A stretch of DNA of 64,000 nucleotides. Source: Candidatus Poribacteria bacterium. GTDB taxonomy: Bacteria > Poribacteria > WGA-4E > JAJDTR01. The stretch covers positions 199,662 to 263,661 of the forward strand of contig CBDDPW010000007.1 of the NCBI GenBank assembly GCA_965232535.1. Direction: 5' to 3'. A program made the translations under genes and the position numbers. The notes beneath the pieces are model-generated. The model ran no database searches. It had not been told where the DNA came from and saw only the letters and a list, made by a program, of their open reading frames with translations. Shown in pieces: positions 59,393-64,000 of this stretch; the first letter of the stretch is position 1, and the number at the start of each line of letters is the position of its first letter.

Positions 59393-60450
59393 TGATTTAC
59401 AAAATCGGCGCTGTCAATATCAGGTTGTCCTTGGCGTGCATAGAAGGAAGAAAAACGTGCGACGATATCCTTTACAAAGGAAGATGAAATCTGAATTTCA
59501 GGGAGTTCAAAGCTGTCGTCGAATTCGTCTTTGGTCAACGCGTTCACTTTTCTGAAGTTTAGAAATCCACCGTCAAAAAAATCTGTTTTCGGTAGCCAGT
59601 GATAGTAAATCTCGCGATTGTTATTGGCAACTGCAACGAGTTCCTTGTTTATTCTGTCTCGTTTCCTAAACCCATCCAGCGCGTTCTCAACAATATCACA
59701 TTCCTCCTCTATTTCGGCAATAAGGATTCGGTCTGTTTTGGATACGTCGTCATTTCTGATAACGAGGTCACAGGCTGGGCTCAGAACTATAAATGGCGAA
59801 TTGGTTGTTTTTTCTCTTACGATACTGCCGGTGGTTATTTTGTTCGACAAATGGGGATATATGTACACCTCTTCGGGATAGCGCGGTTTGTTATCTTCCC
59901 CAAGAAGCTGAAGTAGATGATCCAACGTATAGCGCAGGAGTGCATTCTCAGTTCGTTCCAAATCTGCTTTGCCATAGGAAACCCATCTTTCCCTTTGTAG
60001 CAGAAGATTTTCGAGAAAAACCTTACCGAGCAACTCCTCAATTCTCCCTGCTCCACCCATCATCCGAGTAAGTCCTGTCTCATAAGTATCCCATAGTTGG
60101 TCTATAAGATTGTAATATCGAGTTTCTCCCTTCAGGAACACCTCAATTCCTTTAATGCTTTCATTCCGAATGTCGGGGTTCCCCGTAAAAATGAAGATTG
60201 GGATTCGGAAAAATAACTTTCTGATTTCTTTTATAACCTCAATTCCTTCAACGCCTTGGGACGTTAGTTTCAAATCAATAATCGCACCATCATAGGAGTT
60301 GTCCAACTTTTCTAACGCTTCGTCAAAAGTTTTACATTCAACTATTTCGATGTTCCGTCGCGTGTCGTCCCTATAGTTTTCAACATCCACCCTGCAGCGC
60401 TCAAGATCCTGCTCGTCGTCTTCCACTATGAGTAGCTGTAATGTGCTCAT
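59362..60450 (-). CDS. receiver (REC) domain protein with an unassigned ~240-aa C-terminal domain
   Basis: 362 aa. All canonical receiver residues are present: D11/D12 ('IVEDDE'), D59 ('AIIDLKL'), T89 ('IFTGNPD') and K107 ('VFLKGE'). The C-terminal region has no motif I can name. The start overlaps the kinase stop in ATGA (60447-60450). Confidence 0.75.
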   Translation of the reverse strand: MSTLQLLIVEDDEQDLERCRVDVENYRDDTRRNIEIVECKTFDEALEKLDNSYDGAIIDLKLTSQGVEGIEVIKEIRKLFFRIPIFIFTGNPDIRNESIKGIEVFLKGETRYYNLIDQLWDTYETGLTRMMGGAGRIEELLGKVFLENLLLQRERWVSYGKADLERTENALLRYTLDHLLQLLGEDNKPRYPEEVYIYPHLSNKITTGSIVREKTTNSPFIVLSPACDLVIRNDDVSKTDRILIAEIEEECDIVENALDGFRKRDRINKELVAVANNNREIYYHWLPKTDFFDGGFLNFRKVNALTKDEFDDSFELPEIQISSSFVKDIVARFSSFYARQGQPDIDSADFVNQWTAPQGETQ

Positions 60451-62657
60451 TCATTACTCCCAATTTTAGGCTGAAGTCTGAAATAAGCGCCCTTTTCAAA
60501 CTCAAAGGCTTTCAACTCAAGGCCGTTTCGTTCTGCGGCTTCAGAGGCTATAGCCAACCCAATCCCTGTCCCGTTTGGTTTGGTAGAAAATTGTGGGTCA
60601 AAGATAATCTCGTTTTCTATGAGGCTCGGTTCAATGCCCGGGCCCGTGTCCCGATAGTCGATATGGATTAGGGAGTTACCGTCAGTCAGGAGTTCGATAG
60701 AGATATGCCGTATGGCGCCCTTTTTCTGGCTCATCCAGTAAAGACTGTTGTCGATAAGATTTGTGAAGATTGCGTACATGTCTTGAGGCCACACCGAGAA
60801 TTTGAAGTTGTCGAGCCCTATAACTTCCGCGGTTACACTGTGAGATTTCATTTCGTTTTCAAAGACAGATAGCGTGCTCTGAATCGCTTTCTTTAGCTCC
60901 AGTGGCTTTCTTACGCCACGCCTTTCTACTACCAGCGGGTCCAGTTTGCCGAAGAGTTTCACAAGGAACTCCATATTTTCTTCAATCCCATCGGCAATCG
61001 ACAGCAACTTTTCAAGTTTTTCCGGATCTTTGTTCTTCCGAAAAGATTCGTGCCAGCGTCTAAGATGAGGTATGCTGTGTCGGAAGTAGCTGAGCGGCTG
61101 TCTGCCTTCATGGACTATAACATTGAGGATTTTCCCCAAGGTCGCCTGCACCTGAGAAACCCCGACAGCTTGGCGGATTTCATCGGCGAGTTTGTTTTTG
61201 GATTTTTCCTCCCGGCTGATGAGTCCAATGATTTGATTGGCGGTTGCTTCTTCGATTTCGGTTCTTTTGAGTTGTTTCCGTATATTCTCTTTCAGTTCAT
61301 CAAATGAAAAAAGGCGTGTCAGTTCTCGTTCCACCTTGACAGCAGGCCGACTCAACCCCGCCTTCCTTCTGTATTCGAAACGCCTTCTTTCCAGTTGCCT
61401 GATGACCGCCAGCGTGACTTCCTTCAGCCGATTAAACGCCGCATTTTCTTTAAGCCCGTCCCGAGCGCTTTTTTCCTCCAAGCCGGACCAATAATCCGAT
61501 TCAATGTGCACATATCCAATCACCTGGTTGTTTCCAAGATGAAGTGACGAGTTCCGTATTCGCCGCGCGTTCAGTTTGAGCCAGTCAAAGTCGGCATCCC
61601 CCAATGGTCTGATACGGAAGCCGTTTCGATAAACACCGATTCCATTGTAAGCGTTGAGAAGCTGTCTCGCCTGATTTTTCCCGACATAGTTGCCCGATTC
61701 CTCTTTTAAGCCTCGTCCAATGAGAGATTCAATGGCGTCATTATCGCGGTCGAACGCTCGGACATCAATCTCGAAATTCCCATAGCGTACAGACTTTTCG
61801 AAATCGAACGGGACCTCCTCATTAATATCAAAGTCTAAGTGTTCGTCGGCGATGTTACGGGCTTTCTGCGATGAATAGGTTATTTTACCTTTGCCATCGG
61901 CGCCGATTTTACCTGCAATTCTGTAGTCGTAGAGATCGAACAGTAGATAGGGTTCAATGACTTCGTCAGTGTTTTCCACTCCGGGAAAACCGGTAACCTT
62001 CAAGTTTATGTGGAATTCATCATTTCCGAAGACTGTGCTAACGGGCGATTTCAACTTCTTAAGTTCAAATTGGAGTTTCTCAAATCCTTTCTTGCCCCAT
62101 TCGGCAAGGAATTCATCATCTCCGTTGATGGTCAGCCTTGTTCCCGGTGGCTCAGAAACCTCTGCTGTTTCAACCCGTACCGGTACATCATCCAGATACT
62201 CGGCGGATTCAAAATCTTTCCACACAAAGTGCGCCGTAGTTTTTTCGCCTGTGATGCTGACAGTTTCGAGAAGCAAATCTGTACCGAGAATGGACGCCGC
62301 GTAACGTCCTACCCCTTTGCTTCCCTGCATCGTCCTACCGGAAAGACTTTTCCGCCTGTCAAATTTATCTTGAGTTGATGGCACCATCCACTTGTTGACC
62401 ACATCTTCCCTTGACATGCCGTGACCGTGATCGGCGATGACGATGGTATATCCGCTGTGAAGGGGAGACATCATGAACTCGATCTCTACATCGGGAGAAT
62501 CGGCGTCATAAGCGTTCTTGACTAATTCAACAACTGCCGCATTACTGTCCTGAATCAAATCGCGGCCAATCGTCAGAATGTGTCGACCGGCGGGCTTTAT
62601 TTTATAGGTTGTGTCAGTGCTCAGATCCAATTTACTCTCCACTTCTCCGCGGCGCAA
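60447..62657 (-). CDS. histidine kinase with an additional N-terminal MORC/Hsp90-like GHKL ATPase module
   Basis: 736 aa with no TM segment. The N-terminal Bergerat fold has 'VVELVKNAYDADS', 'IADHGHGMS' and 'GSKGVGRYA'. A central coiled region follows. The H-box is 'IVHEGRQPLSYF'. The C-terminal kinase ATPase has 'NLIDNSLYWM', 'DTGPGIEPS' and 'GTGIGLAIASE'. The start codon is uncertain: the track uses the TTG at 62657, and GTG/TTG alternatives lie 15-27 nt downstream. Confidence 0.75.
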   Translation of the reverse strand: MRRGEVESKLDLSTDTTYKIKPAGRHILTIGRDLIQDSNAAVVELVKNAYDADSPDVEIEFMMSPLHSGYTIVIADHGHGMSREDVVNKWMVPSTQDKFDRRKSLSGRTMQGSKGVGRYAASILGTDLLLETVSITGEKTTAHFVWKDFESAEYLDDVPVRVETAEVSEPPGTRLTINGDDEFLAEWGKKGFEKLQFELKKLKSPVSTVFGNDEFHINLKVTGFPGVENTDEVIEPYLLFDLYDYRIAGKIGADGKGKITYSSQKARNIADEHLDFDINEEVPFDFEKSVRYGNFEIDVRAFDRDNDAIESLIGRGLKEESGNYVGKNQARQLLNAYNGIGVYRNGFRIRPLGDADFDWLKLNARRIRNSSLHLGNNQVIGYVHIESDYWSGLEEKSARDGLKENAAFNRLKEVTLAVIRQLERRRFEYRRKAGLSRPAVKVERELTRLFSFDELKENIRKQLKRTEIEEATANQIIGLISREEKSKNKLADEIRQAVGVSQVQATLGKILNVIVHEGRQPLSYFRHSIPHLRRWHESFRKNKDPEKLEKLLSIADGIEENMEFLVKLFGKLDPLVVERRGVRKPLELKKAIQSTLSVFENEMKSHSVTAEVIGLDNFKFSVWPQDMYAIFTNLIDNSLYWMSQKKGAIRHISIELLTDGNSLIHIDYRDTGPGIEPSLIENEIIFDPQFSTKPNGTGIGLAIASEAAERNGLELKAFEFEKGAYFRLQPKIGSNE

Positions 62658-62705
62658 ATCTCATGAGATTAATCCCAATATAGCAGAACTGATTCAAGAG
62701 TGCAA
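62657..62705 (-). promoter_or_regulatory. sigma-70-like promoter plus 14-bp perfect palindrome upstream of the kinase gene
   Basis: On the minus strand: TTGCAC (62705-62700), 17-nt spacer, TATATT (62682-62677). The perfect palindrome 'aatctcatgagatt' (62670-62657) then sits at the predicted transcription start. Confidence 0.4.
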
Positions 62706-62919
62706 TTCGTTGTCACTGTGGTGGAATCCTGTCGCTAGGTTTTTAGTTGGTTTTGTTTGGCGCCCCTAGACAACAACCTCGGCGTGAGCGTAAAGTGGGA
62801 TGCAAAAACCTGGGTTGAATTTTCCCGGGCTGGGACCAATACAGTTACCCCCAATGTTTAGACAGCTATGAACGAAGATTAAGGTGTAAAGGCTATCCAA
62901 TCCGGCTACGTTTCAACGC

Positions 62920-63770
62920 CTAATGTTGTTGGAAATACACCTCGTGAGGCGTCCTTTTATTGAGCGACCCATGAAGCCGCTCCTCATTATAAAACTTGAA
63001 ATAGTTGTTCAAGCCACACCAAGCCGTGTGAACAGAGTCATAAGAATGAAAATACACATGTTCATATTTCACTGTCCACCAGAGACGTTCAATGAAAATG
63101 TTGTCAAACACTCTGCCTGCTCCAGCCCAACTGATGCGAATGTTCGCCGATTCAAGCCGAGTGGTAAAGGCATCAGACGTGAATTGGGCACCCTGATCGC
63201 TGTTGAAAATCAAGGGCGTAGAACAACTCAACGCTCGTTCCAGAGCCGATAGACAAAAGAAAACATCGAGTGAATTTGACAGTTCCCATGATAACACATA
63301 TCGAGAGTACCAATCCATAATAGCCACTAGATAAACAAAGCCGGTGTCCAAGCCGATATAGGTGATATCAGTTGCCCACACCTGGTCCGGTCTAGTGATA
63401 CGTGAATCCTTCAGTAAATAAGGATACTTTTTCGATGGTTTACCGTTCTTAGAGGTTTTCGGCTTGGGATAGATGGCAACTAAGTTCATCTGTCGCATCA
63501 ACCTGGCAATCCGTTTCCGATTGACGACGTAGCCTTTGGAACAAAGCCAGTCCGTCATTCGAGGTACACCGTAGAACGGGGTCTTCATGTACTGTTCATC
63601 AATCAGACGCATATAAAGCAGGTTTTCCGGCGACTCTACTGCCGGTTGATAGTAATACGAAGCGCGTGGCAACTCTAACAGTTCGCATTGCCTCAAAACC
63701 GAGGGGGAACCGTTCTCTTGGTTGATAAGCCGCCGCTTCTGTTCAACCGAGCCGTTGAGTTTTTTTTTGA
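62920..63770 (-). CDS. IS3-family transposase orfB (DDE integrase-like domain)
   Basis: 'LRQCELLELPRASYYYQP', 'WATDITYI', 'FNSDQGAQFTS' and 'ERLWWTVKYE' give a DD(35)E context. The frame is open upstream to the A9 run (plus-strand T9 at 63760-63768). Confidence 0.85.
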
Positions 63771-64000
63771 AGCCAGTCTAGTTCTACCTTCAATTGACCG
63801 ATTTGCCGGTAGAGCTCGGCTATGAGTCGGTCGTTGTCAGAAGTCGCTTGAGTGCGTCCGTTTGCAAACAGTTGAGGTGATTCCTCCAGAATCTGTCTTT
63901 TCCACTGGCTGACCTGATTCGGGTGGACTTCGTAGTCACTGGCAATCTGAGCCATGGTGCGCTGGTTCTTTATCGCCTCAATCGCCACTTGTGCTTTGAA
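63743..64000 (-). CDS. IS3-family transposase orfA (HTH + leucine zipper), N-terminus off window
   Basis: 'FKAQVAIEAIKNQRTMAQIASDYEVHPNQVSQWKRQILE' and the heptad 'LIAELYRQIGQLKVELDWLQKK'. The frame is still open at position 64000. Confidence 0.85.
   Translation of the reverse strand, partial: FKAQVAIEAIKNQRTMAQIASDYEVHPNQVSQWKRQILEESPQLFANGRTQATSDNDRLIAELYRQIGQLKVELDWLQKKTQRLG

Larger units (their letters stand above)
62831..64000 (-). mobile_element. IS3-family insertion sequence, truncated by the window edge
   Basis: orfA and orfB are typical of IS3. The end nearest the kinase operon is inferred from the 77-bp repeat (62845-62921) and a TG at 62831. The exact boundary is uncertain. The other end is outside the window. 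Confidence 0.75.

Noticed and set aside
1-64000. Looked for CRISPR arrays, tRNA, rRNA, tmRNA, RNase P and retron-like features across all intergenic regions.
   Set aside because: I saw no regularly spaced direct repeats, no cloverleaf-compatible 70-90-nt segments and no conserved ncRNA core motifs. This was a manual scan only, so small RNAs could be missed.

Overview
This 64-kb chromosomal window comes from a bacterium with a Gram-negative-type envelope, since it encodes LptC, LptA, LptB and an LpxL-family acyltransferase. I call about 55 protein genes, most of them on the minus strand. I recognised no rRNA, tRNA or CRISPR array.

Housekeeping blocks:
- Two tandem CNNM/CorC transporters, a Ser/Thr kinase, aroK-aroB, nadB and valS.
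- A long minus-strand run: lpxL-like, lptC, lptA, lptB, rpoN, hpf, hprK, EIIA(Man), ptsH, ptsI.
- ureE-ureF-ureG with no urease structural genes in view.
- glnS, gltX, a CaCA antiporter and an AAC(3)-family acetyltransferase.
- A 1,484-aa secreted S8 protease, a Gfo/Idh/MocA oxidoreductase and htpG.

Accessory patches:
- 26.9-35.6 kb: an AT-rich island with a single-chain R-M-S (AloI-like, Type IIB) restriction enzyme. It is flanked by a Zn-ribbon protein and an RNxxxH (HEPN-like) protein. The patch also holds a solo 77-bp IS-end-like repeat and an IS5-family element that splits a small membrane-protein gene at a CTAG duplication.
- 35.6-41 kb: an MBL hydrolase, a VOC protein, a twice-frameshifted creatininase pseudogene, a DUF123 protein, a DUF433/DUF5615 toxin-antitoxin pair, and a complete compact IS701-like element with 17-bp inverted repeats and an AAGAA duplication.
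- 56.3-64 kb: three tightly packed, apparently co-transcribed genes encoding a dual-GHKL histidine kinase, a receiver-domain protein with an unassignable C-terminal domain, and a full-length Type I HsdR. No HsdM or HsdS is nearby. An IS3-family element abuts the module and runs off the window.

The kinase / receiver / HsdR module is my best candidate for an undescribed, phosphorelay-controlled defence system.

All calls rest on motif reading of the supplied translations and manual sequence inspection. No database search was possible.
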